Position numbers and translations under genes: made by a program
Source: Candidatus Woesebacteria bacterium
GTDB lineage: Bacteria > Patescibacteriota > Microgenomatia > UBA10105 > UBA927
NCBI GenBank assembly: GCA_018062625.1
Contig: JAGORV010000005.1
Location: 86 to 64,085 of the forward strand
Length of the DNA stretch: 64,000 nt
Direction of reading: 5' to 3'
Shown: positions 1 through 10,185 of the stretch, in pieces
How the letters are laid out: each line of letters begins with the position of its first letter
Numbering within the stretch: the stretch's first letter is position 1
Notes under the pieces: generated by a model
Told to the model about the DNA's origin: nothing
The model's input: only the letters and a program-made list of their open reading frames with translations
Databases searched by the model: none

Positions 1-983
1 AATGTATTGATATGCATCCGCTCTATTTGCAAAGAATCTATAATCATTTGCTCTTCTTTCGTCGCTCCCAGTATCGCATATTTAGACACATTATTAGTAT
101 GTTGAGAAATTCCCAACTCTTCTAAAATATCATCAGCAGACTCCACAAGTTTCGCACCATTTTTTAATAATTTAGCAGGGCCTCTACTGTATAGACTCGT
201 AATAGGCCCCGGTACCGCAAACACTTCTCTTCCTTGCTCTCCCGCGTTTCGTGCAGTAATAAGCGCGCCGCTATCATCCGCGCCTTCTGTCACAATAATC
301 CCTAAACTCAGTCCGCTGATAATCCGATTTCGAGCAGGAAACAATCCCTTGTTCGGTCGCATCCCTAGCGGCATCTCTGAAACTATCGCACCGTGCCCAT
401 CGGCAATTTGCGTATAAAGATTAGCATTGCTTGATGGCGCAATAATGTCAATACCACATCCCAAAACTGCAATCGTATTACCACCCGCTTTGATTGCAGC
501 TTTGTGGGCTATAGCATCCACGCCATACGCTAATCCAGATACGATAGTGAAGCCATGCGAAACAAGCTCAATCACCAAACGCTCAGTCACCTCTGCGCCA
601 TAGCTTGTCACATGACGAGTGCCTACTACTCCTATCGTTCGTGCCAAATCTATTGGCACCGATGATTTGCTTCCTTTTACATACAACACAAATGGCGCAT
701 CAGAAATCTGCGCAAGAAGCGATGGATATTTTTTATCTTGTAAGGTCAATATCCCAACATGTTGCGCTTCTAACTTTTTACGATATGCATCAATGTCAAA
801 CGATTTTCTAAACGCAATAAATTCCGTACGAATTCGCTCGCTCAGTTTTATAGCGGTAAGGTCCGATTCTGACGCAAGCCAAGCTGATTTTGCTGATCCG
901 AAGTATTCTAAGAGAAGTCTAAATCGCACCGGACCTATACCCGGAAACACACTAAACCCTATCCAATAGGATCGTTCATCCAT
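1..983 (-). CDS. dprA: DNA processing protein DprA/Smf, first ~327 codons (C-terminus runs off the left edge)
   Basis: Not in the ORF track because no stop lies in the window. Own minus-strand translation from ATG 983..981 gives MDERSYWIGFSVFPGIGPVRF...SGLAYGVDAIAHKAAIKAGGNTIAVLGCGIDI...NRIISGLSLGIIVTEGADDSGALITARNAGEQGREVFAVPGPI, the DprA Rossmann core. Confidence 0.85.
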   Translation of the reverse strand, partial: MDERSYWIGFSVFPGIGPVRFRLLLEYFGSAKSAWLASESDLTAIKLSERIRTEFIAFRKSFDIDAYRKKLEAQHVGILTLQDKKYPSLLAQISDAPFVLYVKGSKSSVPIDLARTIGVVGTRHVTSYGAEVTERLVIELVSHGFTIVSGLAYGVDAIAHKAAIKAGGNTIAVLGCGIDIIAPSSNANLYTQIADGHGAIVSEMPLGMRPNKGLFPARNRIISGLSLGIIVTEGADDSGALITARNAGEQGREVFAVPGPITSLYSRGPAKLLKNGAKLVESADDILEELGISQHTNNVSKYAILGATKEEQMIIDSLQIERMHINT

Positions 984-1010
984 CACTATAACGGTAACAG
1001 ATTTGGGAAC

Positions 1011-1733
1011 TTACGGAAAATAATCAAGCACCCGCACCAGATGTTTGAGTAGTGTTCGTAGCGCGCGCATCGTGGCCGGAGGCAGATCGGTAGCCTGTTG
1101 CACAACAAGTTGAGACACTAAATCTTTTACCTCAACTGCGTATGCCAATATGGCGTCCGGTGCTGTTTGTTTTGCCCACTTCCCCAATATGTACACATGA
1201 GCAAGTTTTACGGTAGCAACACGCTTATCTTTGTGTAGGTCGTTTAAGAAAAATTCTACCCCATATCCCACATTCATAAGCGATGCAACGACGGGATGTA
1301 CTATGTGTCGGCGAACGGCACGTAATCCAGTGACATCTTTAAATGGCTCAAAAGACCCTACACTCCAAAATCGCGCAGCCCCCAAAGACATGTCTGCACG
1401 ATTGCTCAGTAACGGTTCTACGATTGCATTAAAATCTTTATGAGTCGCGCCTACCACATCTCCATCAAAAAAGAATAAAATTTCACCAGTGCTTTTTGTA
1501 ACACCTTTGTAGACCGCGTAGCCTTTTCCACGATTTTTCTTGTATGAAATAACAGTGATAGAGTTACCAAACTGCGCTAACGCTCCGAGCGTCTTATCAC
1601 TCGATCCGTCATTCACAATAATAATTTCCAATGCTCTCCCCCACGTTCGAAAAAGCTCGATAATCGAACTTATCGTTCGCTCTTCATTATATACAGGTAT
1701 AATGACAGAAATTGTAGGTTCAATACGCTTCAT
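1011..1733 (-). CDS. family 2 glycosyltransferase (GT-A fold)
   Basis: 240-aa ORF with SVIIPVYNEERTI, IIVNDGSSDKT and FFFDGD (DxD-like) motifs. Confidence 0.8.
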   Translation of the reverse strand: MKRIEPTISVIIPVYNEERTISSIIELFRTWGRALEIIIVNDGSSDKTLGALAQFGNSITVISYKKNRGKGYAVYKGVTKSTGEILFFFDGDVVGATHKDFNAIVEPLLSNRADMSLGAARFWSVGSFEPFKDVTGLRAVRRHIVHPVVASLMNVGYGVEFFLNDLHKDKRVATVKLAHVYILGKWAKQTAPDAILAYAVEVKDLVSQLVVQQATDLPPATMRALRTLLKHLVRVLDYFP

Positions 1734-1739
1734 ATATTG

Positions 1740-2882
1740 TTAGTAAAGCAGATGATATGCCCAAAGGTAAACACCTGCAGTCCATGCAAATGGACCTTCA
1801 CTTCGATAGATAGTTCTACGAACTGGTTTTCCATTTTTTTCAAACACCTCATACACATCCTGTGCTTCGACAATTTTTTTGGATATCGCCTCAAGTACCA
1901 ACTTGCCTTCTTTCTTTCTTCCTACTGTGGCCAAAGCTATGGCATACCAAATTCCGGGCTGTAACCACATGCATCCACGATTGTGATAGTCAGCCATACC
2001 GACCACTCGTTGCAACAGCGGGATACGCCACCATTCATAGCGTGGATAGTTTGACTCCATAGTCCAACCATTCCAGCAATGTTCTTTTGCATAAGCTAAT
2101 ATACTGGTCGCCTGAGTTTTTGTAGCGAGCCCAAACGCAATAGCCAACATATTTGCATGAGTGGCGAGGTAATCATGCCGAGCATAATCGATCCAATCCG
2201 CAAAAAACACACCATTCCAAAATCTACTTTGAAGAAGAGCCTGTATTTTTTCCTGCCACGCATAATACATGGCACTCTCAGTTTTCTTCTTCAGTTTTTT
2301 CGCCATCCACGCCATATCTCCAATCGCTTTCCAATACAACACATTGGTATACAGTGTATGGCCTATTTTTAAAACCGCATCTGCCCATTCACACAAAAAC
2401 CATTCGCGCACCAAACCCATATGAAATTTCTTCCAATACCACACAAGTCCTTTCTCAAGTATTCCGTAGTTCTCTTTCAAAAATCGCAGATCACCAGATG
2501 ATTCTATATATGAACGCATAGCAATAATGGCCATCAACCCTCCATCCATCACTACCCCACCAGATTGATTAGAACGAAAATGTGGCACTGGGGAAGGATA
2601 ATAGGAATGTCGATGAAAATATTTTCCAGCGGTCATTCGACTCCGCAAGACCAAATAAGGAATAAGCCCATCAGCCCGCTGATACGTCAAGAAGCTTTTG
2701 ATCGTCGCTTTGGATCGGCTGGCCTTTCCTACGGTATTTGCACCAAATGTTGCAAATAGACTATCTCTCGCCCAAAGATCGACAAAATGATGAGTCCCGG
2801 CGGCAAATCCAATTTCCGTATCACACGCTACAAGTGCGCGAGTTGCTATAAGCTTAGCTGCACGAATATCTTTCCTGTTCAT
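1740..2882 (-). CDS. glycogen-debranching-enzyme-like (alpha/alpha)6 glycoside hydrolase
   Basis: 380-aa ORF. HFVDLWARDSLFATFG resembles the WGRD motif of the amylo-alpha-1,6-glucosidase C-terminal domain. Trp/Tyr-rich barrel-like sequence. Confidence 0.55.
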   Translation of the reverse strand: MNRKDIRAAKLIATRALVACDTEIGFAAGTHHFVDLWARDSLFATFGANTVGKASRSKATIKSFLTYQRADGLIPYLVLRSRMTAGKYFHRHSYYPSPVPHFRSNQSGGVVMDGGLMAIIAMRSYIESSGDLRFLKENYGILEKGLVWYWKKFHMGLVREWFLCEWADAVLKIGHTLYTNVLYWKAIGDMAWMAKKLKKKTESAMYYAWQEKIQALLQSRFWNGVFFADWIDYARHDYLATHANMLAIAFGLATKTQATSILAYAKEHCWNGWTMESNYPRYEWWRIPLLQRVVGMADYHNRGCMWLQPGIWYAIALATVGRKKEGKLVLEAISKKIVEAQDVYEVFEKNGKPVRRTIYRSEGPFAWTAGVYLWAYHLLY

Positions 2883-2933
2883 ACGAAGATATGCTATCCT
2901 AACAGTCTAGTCTATAAAAATAAAGTCCGATAT

Positions 2934-3659
2934 ATGAAAAAAATTACTGCACCTCACATAAGTGTCGTCATACCAACAAAAAATGAAGCAAAGCTTCTCC
3001 CTGCGTGTCTCCGATCCCTAAAAAATCAAAAAACAAAATATACTTATGAAGTCATTATTGTCGACACACGATCTACCGATGGTACACAAACCATAGCGCG
3101 ATCACTTGGAGCACGAGTCATCACAGAAAAACAAAAAGGGAAAATCTATGCCTTTCGAAAAGGTGCTTCGCTAGCCCGCGGAAAAATTTTGGCGTTTACC
3201 GAAGCAGATTGTGTCGTACCGCCTCATTGGATAGAAACCATAGCCACACATCTCGATAAACATAAACATGTGGCGGCAATCTGTGGCATGTATACGTTTA
3301 GCAAGTCTGGTCTCCTCTCAAAAATCGGCACATATATAGCGCACAGTGTAGGCCACATACTTCACTTTGCATATTTTGGTCACCATGCACTGCGGGCAAG
3401 TAACTTCGCTGTACGAAAAGATATTTACAACGCAATCGGTGGATTTTCGTTACAGTTTTTCGAGCTTTATGATGTGGAGATCGCTCAACGTATCGCTAAA
3501 TATGGCGACATACAAGTCCTCGGAAGTCTTACCACACAAACATCCGATCGAAGAATTCGAGGACGACTATTTCAGTATCTTCAGGAATTATTTCCTGCAA
3601 TTCTTGCACTCATTCAACGCAAACCACTCACCAAGCAAACCTATGCAGACATTCGATAA
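2934..3659 (+). CDS. family 2 glycosyltransferase
   Basis: Start trimmed to ATG 2934 to clear the divergent neighbour. Motifs MKKITAPHISVVIPTKNEA, IIVDTRSTDGT and FTEADC. Confidence 0.8.
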   Translation: MKKITAPHISVVIPTKNEAKLLPACLRSLKNQKTKYTYEVIIVDTRSTDGTQTIARSLGARVITEKQKGKIYAFRKGASLARGKILAFTEADCVVPPHWIETIATHLDKHKHVAAICGMYTFSKSGLLSKIGTYIAHSVGHILHFAYFGHHALRASNFAVRKDIYNAIGGFSLQFFELYDVEIAQRIAKYGDIQVLGSLTTQTSDRRIRGRLFQYLQELFPAILALIQRKPLTKQTYADIR

Positions 3660-3742
3660 TGCACAAACTCTTTCTTGCCCATACCATACTCAACCTATAC
3701 AATTACCACTATTGAAAAATATCTAATTCTTCATATATATCT

Positions 3743-4453
3743 ATGACCGACCTTTCATCTGGTTTCAAATTTGCCCTTTCACAACTCACAAGACTGAATC
3801 ACACGTCTATGTTGGGATTTATTCGATTAGCACAAAACAAATCGAGAATTGGAAAGTATCTTCCCAAAAACGCGGTCATCCTCGAAGCAGGCGCACACAA
3901 AGGTGAAGATACCGCAGAAATGGCAAAACGTTGGCCACATGCCACTATCCATGCTTTTGAACCAGTTCCAGAACTTTTTGCAATTCTTACAAAAAACACG
4001 AAGCAGTATCCCAACGTTCATCGATATCAACTAGCTCTCAGCGACAAAAATGGATCATCTCTCCTACACCTCAGTGAAGGAACCTCTGATGGTTCCAGCT
4101 CGCTCTTGGCTCCTAAGGATCACCTCAAAATTCATCCGACCGTCGCGTTTAAAAAACAAATAAAAGTAAAAACTATGACCCTCGACACATGGGCGAAAGC
4201 ATACAAAGTCACGCATATCGATTTCATGTGGCTCGATATGCAAGGCATGGAATACAGAGTGCTTGTTCCATCGAAAGTTATTTTCCCAAAAACGAATCTC
4301 CTTTACACAGAAATAAACTTAAAAGAAAACTATAAAGGGGCCAGTCTCTATCCAGAGTATCGCAAGTGGCTTACCACTCATGGCATGAAACCAATTGTCG
4401 AAAATACCTATTGGAACGATATGGGGAATTCTTTATTTATCCGCACAAAGTAG
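3743..4453 (+). CDS. FkbM-family SAM-dependent methyltransferase
   Basis: ILEAGAHKGEDT...IHAFEPVPELF...ALSDKNG...TLDTW pattern typical of Methyltransf_21/FkbM. Confidence 0.7.
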   Translation: MTDLSSGFKFALSQLTRLNHTSMLGFIRLAQNKSRIGKYLPKNAVILEAGAHKGEDTAEMAKRWPHATIHAFEPVPELFAILTKNTKQYPNVHRYQLALSDKNGSSLLHLSEGTSDGSSSLLAPKDHLKIHPTVAFKKQIKVKTMTLDTWAKAYKVTHIDFMWLDMQGMEYRVLVPSKVIFPKTNLLYTEINLKENYKGASLYPEYRKWLTTHGMKPIVENTYWNDMGNSLFIRTK

Positions 4454-4457
4454 CTTC

Positions 4458-6338
4458 TTATCTCCCAAACCATTCTTCAAAAATTTTCTTCGCTATGGGG
4501 CCTGCAATTGTACTTCCTTCTCCCGCTCCCTCCACTAGAACCGTGACGGAAATTTCTGGTTCACCACTCACATATCCTTCAGTCGCTCGTATTTCATCAG
4601 GAACATAATCATCTGGAATAGGGCCAAATGCGGTAAACCATGCATGCGTGTCATTCTCGGGATGACCAAATTCTGCGGTTCCAGTTTTGCAAGCAATTGG
4701 CACTGCAATATGCTTTTTGGGTTGTGCAGCTTGAGATGCCTCAGGATTTATTGTCGCGGTAAGATCTGGTTTGGTAACCGAAAAATTAAACAACGGCCAA
4801 CCTGTTCCCCCCGTATCACACGCCCTACGCATACCTTCGACTATGAGTTCTATCGTTTCGTTTTTTATATGTAAATCTTTACAATTAGGGCGTTTGGCAC
4901 GAAATCCCGTACCAATTTTTTCGATAGTGGGTACACATACTTTGCCACCGTTTGCCACTACATTGGTCCACGCATTTACCTGTAAAGGAGTTGTGAGAAG
5001 ATAGCCTTGTCCAATCGAGACATGATAGGTATCACCAAGATACCAATCGTTATTTCGTAGTCGTTTGTCTTCTTCAGTGGTAAATCTCGAATTTTTCCAT
5101 GCCGCATCGGGCATAAGACCACCAACTTCACCGGCAAGCTCAATACCCAGCGGTTTACCGATCCCAACAATACGTGCCCATTTGGCAATATTGGTAATTC
5201 CTATCCACTCCCCAGCTTTGTAAAAGAAAATGTCATTACTTCGCTCCAACGCTTTCACTACATCTACGGGTCCTTCGGTCTTCCCATACTGTATAAAATA
5301 CCAGTTAGGGAACGTAAATGGCCCGATCTTAATGGATCCGTTATCCTCGACAATGGTCTTCCGATTTATGGCACCACCCTCAAGTCCCGCAAGCGATGTC
5401 ACCAGTTTAAACGTAGATCCTGGCGGATACACACCACCGATAACACGATTAAACATAGGCAGATCCGTGTTTTTTACGAGCGCCTCGTATTCTGAAGTCG
5501 TCATACCTAACGAAAATCCATCGGGAGAAAATCCCGGACTTGAAAAAAGAGCTAACACTTCCCCTGTGGAGGGCTTGCTTACGATAATTGCCCCTTTTTT
5601 ACCTTGAGGAAATGCATCTGCCGCGACCCGTGCAAGAATTGCGTCAAAAGCAAGAGATATATTTTCTCCAGAAACTTCTTCCTGACGACCCAGTGTCCGA
5701 AGTGCAGATCCGGCAGCATTTACCTCTACTAACTCTTTTCCATCGCGACCCCGCAAACGCTCATTGTACACAGCCTCAGCGCCCATTCTACCGACTCGAT
5801 CACCCAAACCGTAGTTTCTTATGGAATAATACTCACTTTTAAGCTCATCTTGGGAAAGCTCTCCTGTGTAACCGATCGCGTGGGCAAGTGCATCTCCATA
5901 TGGATAACTTCGCTTGTAGTCTACTTCTAAATATTCTCCCGCAGGTAATTCCGCACGTCGCAATTTATCTCCAGCTTCTTGTGATAAATATGTAACACAA
6001 TTTGCAGGTGTATCACCACATGGTTTTATGAGTCGATATTGTGGTGTATTTATGACCAACGGTTTCCCAGTACGATCGAGCAAAATTCCGCGAGGCGCAT
6101 GCCGAACCAGCTCACGAGTTCTGTTACCATCGGAAAGTTTCCTATATTCTCTCCCGTGCACGATTGATAGATCAAACAATCTCCAAGCAATCACAAAAAA
6201 CCCAACACAGAGAATGGTCGCAAATAGAAGTGCTCGACCCGACCCAGCCCACCAAGGCATCTCGTCATCCATATGACGAGATCTGGCATTATGCCCACTG
6301 GTAAGATTATCTGAAAATGCACTACCGAGTTTCACCAT
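4458..6338 (-). CDS. mrdA: penicillin-binding protein 2 (elongation transpeptidase)
   Basis: SxxK (GSTFK), SxN (RSND) and KTG (KTGTAE) motifs plus an N-terminal TM helix. Start trimmed to ATG 6338, just after the upstream stop at 6349. Confidence 0.9.
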   Translation of the reverse strand: MVKLGSAFSDNLTSGHNARSRHMDDEMPWWAGSGRALLFATILCVGFFVIAWRLFDLSIVHGREYRKLSDGNRTRELVRHAPRGILLDRTGKPLVINTPQYRLIKPCGDTPANCVTYLSQEAGDKLRRAELPAGEYLEVDYKRSYPYGDALAHAIGYTGELSQDELKSEYYSIRNYGLGDRVGRMGAEAVYNERLRGRDGKELVEVNAAGSALRTLGRQEEVSGENISLAFDAILARVAADAFPQGKKGAIIVSKPSTGEVLALFSSPGFSPDGFSLGMTTSEYEALVKNTDLPMFNRVIGGVYPPGSTFKLVTSLAGLEGGAINRKTIVEDNGSIKIGPFTFPNWYFIQYGKTEGPVDVVKALERSNDIFFYKAGEWIGITNIAKWARIVGIGKPLGIELAGEVGGLMPDAAWKNSRFTTEEDKRLRNNDWYLGDTYHVSIGQGYLLTTPLQVNAWTNVVANGGKVCVPTIEKIGTGFRAKRPNCKDLHIKNETIELIVEGMRRACDTGGTGWPLFNFSVTKPDLTATINPEASQAAQPKKHIAVPIACKTGTAEFGHPENDTHAWFTAFGPIPDDYVPDEIRATEGYVSGEPEISVTVLVEGAGEGSTIAGPIAKKIFEEWFGR

Positions 6339-6348
6339 TGTTTCCCTA

Positions 6349-6906
6349 TTATAATGTGGGCAGAAGCAAGATAACACCCGAGTAAAGTACACCGATGATT
6401 ACTTCTTGTATAGTATGGCGCTTGAGTGTGACCCGTGACCATGCCAGCAATGGAATGATAAGTATAAGCGGTATCATGTTTACCCCGAACCACGCTATAC
6501 ACTGACCAATCGCGAGCGTTAGAATCCCCATGTGTCCCGACAACTTTACTTTTAACGTTAAGAGGAAAAATCCAAGATGCCAAAACAGCAACAATAAAAA
6601 TAACGAAGTAAGCACTGTGTTTCCGACACTTCGTATACCGTAGTATGCAAAAGCAAATAACAGTGTGAGTAGGAGCAGTGGCGTAAATCGTTTTTTCCTA
6701 TTCGATATATCCCAGTTGGTCTTATCTTTCCGTTTAAAATAAAGCCGAAGTCCAATCACCAATCCCACAAAAAGCGTAACGCTTCCCACATAGAGCTGTA
6801 ACATTATCTCGGATAAACCTGCGTGCCATCCTCCGATAAGCGCAAGCACATATACCACAAGCATGGGTTCAAACAAACTCGATACTATGAGGGCAAATCG
6901 CATCAT
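6349..6906 (-). CDS. polytopic membrane protein with PAP2-like C2/C3 motifs
   Basis: 185 aa, about 6 TM helices. LSGH and SRVTLKRHTIQE match PAP2 PSGH and SRx5Hx3D (with D to E). The C1 motif is not evident. Confidence 0.45.
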   Translation of the reverse strand: MMRFALIVSSLFEPMLVVYVLALIGGWHAGLSEIMLQLYVGSVTLFVGLVIGLRLYFKRKDKTNWDISNRKKRFTPLLLLTLLFAFAYYGIRSVGNTVLTSLFLLLLFWHLGFFLLTLKVKLSGHMGILTLAIGQCIAWFGVNMIPLILIIPLLAWSRVTLKRHTIQEVIIGVLYSGVILLLPTL

Positions 6907-6914
6907 ATACTCTG

Positions 6915-7970
6915 CTACACCTTTCGGGCTGCAATTTTCACTTTTGCAAGTAGAGCTGGATCATCAAGGAGCTTGCCACATCCACGAACCACTGCGGTTT
7001 GAGGATCATCGGTAATCCATACCGGCATTTTGAGTTCCATGGCGATAAGTTTATCTATCCCTCGCAGTTGCGACCCACCACCAGCAAGCACAATACCGTG
7101 CTCCATGATATCGCCAATGAGCTCTGGAGGTGTCTCCTCTATCGTTTCGCTGATTGCTTCTATAATTTCATGGACGATGGGTGACACTGCCTCTCGCACT
7201 TCTGCTTCGGAAAGTCGCAATGACTTAGGTAGCCCCGTCTCTATATCTCTCCCTCGCACGACGGTTTGTTTTTCTATTTTTTCGGTAGGATATGCGCTCC
7301 CGATGGCTATTTTCACATCCTCTGCGGTGGGCTCACCAATAAGCAGGGAATGTTTGAGTCGTACAAACGAAACAATCGCTTCATCAAGTTCATCTCCAGC
7401 AGTTCTGATACTCCGGTTGACGACGATACCCCCGAGAGACAGTACAGCAATCTCTGTAGTCCCCCCGCCGATGTCACAGATAAACGATCCCCGACTTTCT
7501 TGTATGGGAAGACCAGCGCCAATCGCTGCGGCCATGGGCTCTTCTATAAGATACGCTTCACGTGCCCCTGCCATAATAGCGGCTTCAGCCGCTGCGCGAC
7601 GCTCTACTTCCGTGACCCCACTTGGGATACCTATCACTACTTTTGGTCTCGGAATACTGGGAAATCCTTTACGCTTCGGCTGGTCATGTACCAATCGGAT
7701 GTAATGCGTAAGCATAGCAGCGGTCGCATCAAAATCCGCAATCACTCCATCTTTGAGCGGTCGTAATGCTTCAATAGTGTCGGGGGTTCGCCCAAGCATG
7801 CGTTTGGCTTCTCGGCCTATGGCAACAACTTTTTTGGTCTTTCGGTGACGGGCTACAACGGAAGGTTCACGAATCATAATGCCTTTTCCGCGAACATAAA
7901 CGAGGGTATTTGCTGTACCTAAATCGATACCTAAATCATGAGAAAGTAAACTGAAGAGCCAATCAAACAT
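6915..7970 (-). CDS. mreB: rod-shape protein MreB (actin-like ATPase)
   Basis: DLGIDLGTANTLVY, DIGGGTTE and LAGGGSQLRGID motifs. TGATAGAAT box sits 6 nt upstream of the ATG. Confidence 0.95.
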   Translation of the reverse strand: MFDWLFSLLSHDLGIDLGTANTLVYVRGKGIMIREPSVVARHRKTKKVVAIGREAKRMLGRTPDTIEALRPLKDGVIADFDATAAMLTHYIRLVHDQPKRKGFPSIPRPKVVIGIPSGVTEVERRAAAEAAIMAGAREAYLIEEPMAAAIGAGLPIQESRGSFICDIGGGTTEIAVLSLGGIVVNRSIRTAGDELDEAIVSFVRLKHSLLIGEPTAEDVKIAIGSAYPTEKIEKQTVVRGRDIETGLPKSLRLSEAEVREAVSPIVHEIIEAISETIEETPPELIGDIMEHGIVLAGGGSQLRGIDKLIAMELKMPVWITDDPQTAVVRGCGKLLDDPALLAKVKIAARKV

Positions 7971-7996
7971 GAAGTCATTCTATCATACTTTCTGGC

Positions 7997-8866
7997 TTAT
8001 ACTTTTGGCTTCATGTCGAGATTGAAATACGATTTCATCACAAACCGATTCATGTTGAAGCCTAGACGCGAAATCGCTGCTTGCTTGGGCGAAACATTGC
8101 GGAACCGCAACATATCATAGTCGATGATGCGAATTTTTCCTTGCTCATCTAACAACAAATTAGAAATCTCAAACACACTCGTGCGTTCAAAGAATTTTTT
8201 GAACTGATGTCTCGCCCAGCTCAAAAATCCCGGTACACCGATAAAGTCCATACTGTGCCCTGTATCTTTCATAAGTCTCCGATTACATTTCATGAGCTCC
8301 GCAAGCTGCGCATCTATTTCTGGAGTTTGCGATTTATTGGTAATTGGTGCTCCCTTTATCGCATCTTGGATGATCACATATTTTCCTGTCGTTGGATCCG
8401 ATCGAATTTCCGTAGGAACTGCAAATGCACCGAAGTATTTCGTGATAAGCGTGATGTTTTCACTTTCATCGCGACGCCCCTTGTTCATAAGTCCTTCCGT
8501 TTCAGGTTTTGACACTTTTACCACCTGCGCTCTCCCTTCGGGACTAGTATAGGAAAATACAACATGCGTAAACCCTTCTCCCATAGGGACAGGGTTTATT
8601 CGCGATGAATCCAATCCACAATGCTCAAAAAATTGTTTGGCAGATGGCAAAAATTCCGCTCGAACGAGCGCGGGAGACTCTGGGGTGGGCTCCTGAGGTA
8701 TAAGCTCATGTTTGAGATCTATACGTGGAGCACGCCAAGCCACCACCACATCCCCTTCTTGTGCTACTTCTCGAACCGCATGAACCATACGTTCGGAAAG
8801 TGTATAGGGAGACCGAGGAAAATCTTTTCCTATGGGATGCATCGGCACCGGCTTACTTTCACTCAT
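7997..8866 (-). CDS. hypothetical protein, possibly protein-kinase-like fold
   Basis: 289 aa. GEGFTHVVF...VVKVSK...VIIQDAIKG...NLLLDEQGKIRIIDYD resembles the P-loop/Lys/hinge/DFG order of kinase-like folds. Weak. Confidence 0.35.
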   Translation of the reverse strand: MSESKPVPMHPIGKDFPRSPYTLSERMVHAVREVAQEGDVVVAWRAPRIDLKHELIPQEPTPESPALVRAEFLPSAKQFFEHCGLDSSRINPVPMGEGFTHVVFSYTSPEGRAQVVKVSKPETEGLMNKGRRDESENITLITKYFGAFAVPTEIRSDPTTGKYVIIQDAIKGAPITNKSQTPEIDAQLAELMKCNRRLMKDTGHSMDFIGVPGFLSWARHQFKKFFERTSVFEISNLLLDEQGKIRIIDYDMLRFRNVSPKQAAISRLGFNMNRFVMKSYFNLDMKPKV

Positions 8867-8917
8867 ATAAACATTGTATCACCCTCGCAAATTGCTTCCA
8901 GCGAGTATAATATAGCT

Positions 8918-9427
8918 ATGAGACATGGCGCTGGACGACTTAAAGAACGATATGTGACTATGAATCTCCCTGGAAATGACGGTGAGGGTGACGAGTCAGC
9001 GCATGGGAATCCTACGACGTCAGAGGCTCCTTGGCATGGGTTTGATTCCGCTTGGAATGTGGTTGCCACCATGGCAGAAGCCACGGTTGGCACTATGTTC
9101 ACCTTTCGAGGACAGCGAATGAAAATAGTCCAAGACGAAAAGCGTCGTGCAATAGGTATACAAAATAAACATACAGGAAAAGTAGATTGGGTACCGATGG
9201 ATGTAGGATTTTTTGGATTTGATCAGGTCAGTGATCATGTGGATTTGGGAGATTATCGAGGAGCAGGGATTGCCACGTGGGAAACAGAGCTGGGGAAAAC
9301 TTTACAAAAAGATAGCGCGCGTGCCCCAAGAAGAAGTGTGCGTGATGAATGGGCTAAACGTGGAGCAGATCTCTCCCACCGATCAATCTTTAAACCGAAA
9401 TTTGAAAGAAATAGAAGAATCGCGTAG
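8918..9427 (+). CDS. hypothetical protein
   Basis: ORF 8621..9427 trimmed to ATG 8918, beyond its overlap with the 7997..8866 gene (alternative ATG at 8960). No recognisable domain. Confidence 0.35.
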   Translation: MRHGAGRLKERYVTMNLPGNDGEGDESAHGNPTTSEAPWHGFDSAWNVVATMAEATVGTMFTFRGQRMKIVQDEKRRAIGIQNKHTGKVDWVPMDVGFFGFDQVSDHVDLGDYRGAGIATWETELGKTLQKDSARAPRRSVRDEWAKRGADLSHRSIFKPKFERNRRIA

Positions 9428-9455
9428 AAATCCCGAGTAAGCTACTTAGTAATTT

Positions 9456-10055
9456 TTACTCCCAAATGACTTTATCCTCTTCCAAAGAAGTTGCTGGTGG
9501 CGATTGTGCTCCCTGTTCCCACACCACAGTGGCATCGAGGGCGGGCTTGGGTTTCAATGGAGAATCTTCTGCTAAACCATCAAAAGTATTTGCAATATGC
9601 TTGCGATAGCGCATTTCTGCATCAGCTGCTATATCTATTCTTTTTCTAACAACCGCAGCATGACTTTTTGTAACTCGTAACCTCTGATCGATTTGTACAA
9701 TAGGTCGTCTATATTCTGGTTCTTCGTGTTGTAAAGCTTTCAATTGTTGAAATGTTTCTGCACCAACATGGCTTTCGGTAGGTTGGCGAGATCCTCGACC
9801 TCGAACTACCATAACATTCATATGACGTCGATACGCTACATTTGCACCAGGTAGCCCTCCGTCTATTACTTCAAATATGGATTTTTGAGCTACCTCTGCG
9901 CCTTCAACTAAATTGGGATTTACTGGGTGGGTGTTTCTTGAAAACAATACCTTTCCCTCCGCAACTGCAGCTGGAAGATTACCTAAAAAGGTTTTTATAT
10001 CGCCCATGCGAATATCTCGAAGTGATTTTCTTTTTCGACGTTCTTCTACTGCCAT
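9456..10055 (-). CDS. hypothetical soluble protein ending in VIWE
   Basis: 199-aa ORF. Contains MVVRGRGSRQ and VVWEQG, and ends ...EEDKVIWE. No known domain recognised. Confidence 0.5.
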   Translation of the reverse strand: MAVEERRKRKSLRDIRMGDIKTFLGNLPAAVAEGKVLFSRNTHPVNPNLVEGAEVAQKSIFEVIDGGLPGANVAYRRHMNVMVVRGRGSRQPTESHVGAETFQQLKALQHEEPEYRRPIVQIDQRLRVTKSHAAVVRKRIDIAADAEMRYRKHIANTFDGLAEDSPLKPKPALDATVVWEQGAQSPPATSLEEDKVIWE

Positions 10056-10185
10056 AGAAATGATATTTTACAACTATAGGTCAATACTGTCAATATTTTG
10101 ATGTAAAGGGAAAGACTGCTTGGGTGTATACCACGAATGTGGTAAACGGGTGATACACCCAAGCATTAGCCTCCTTCCTGATTGT

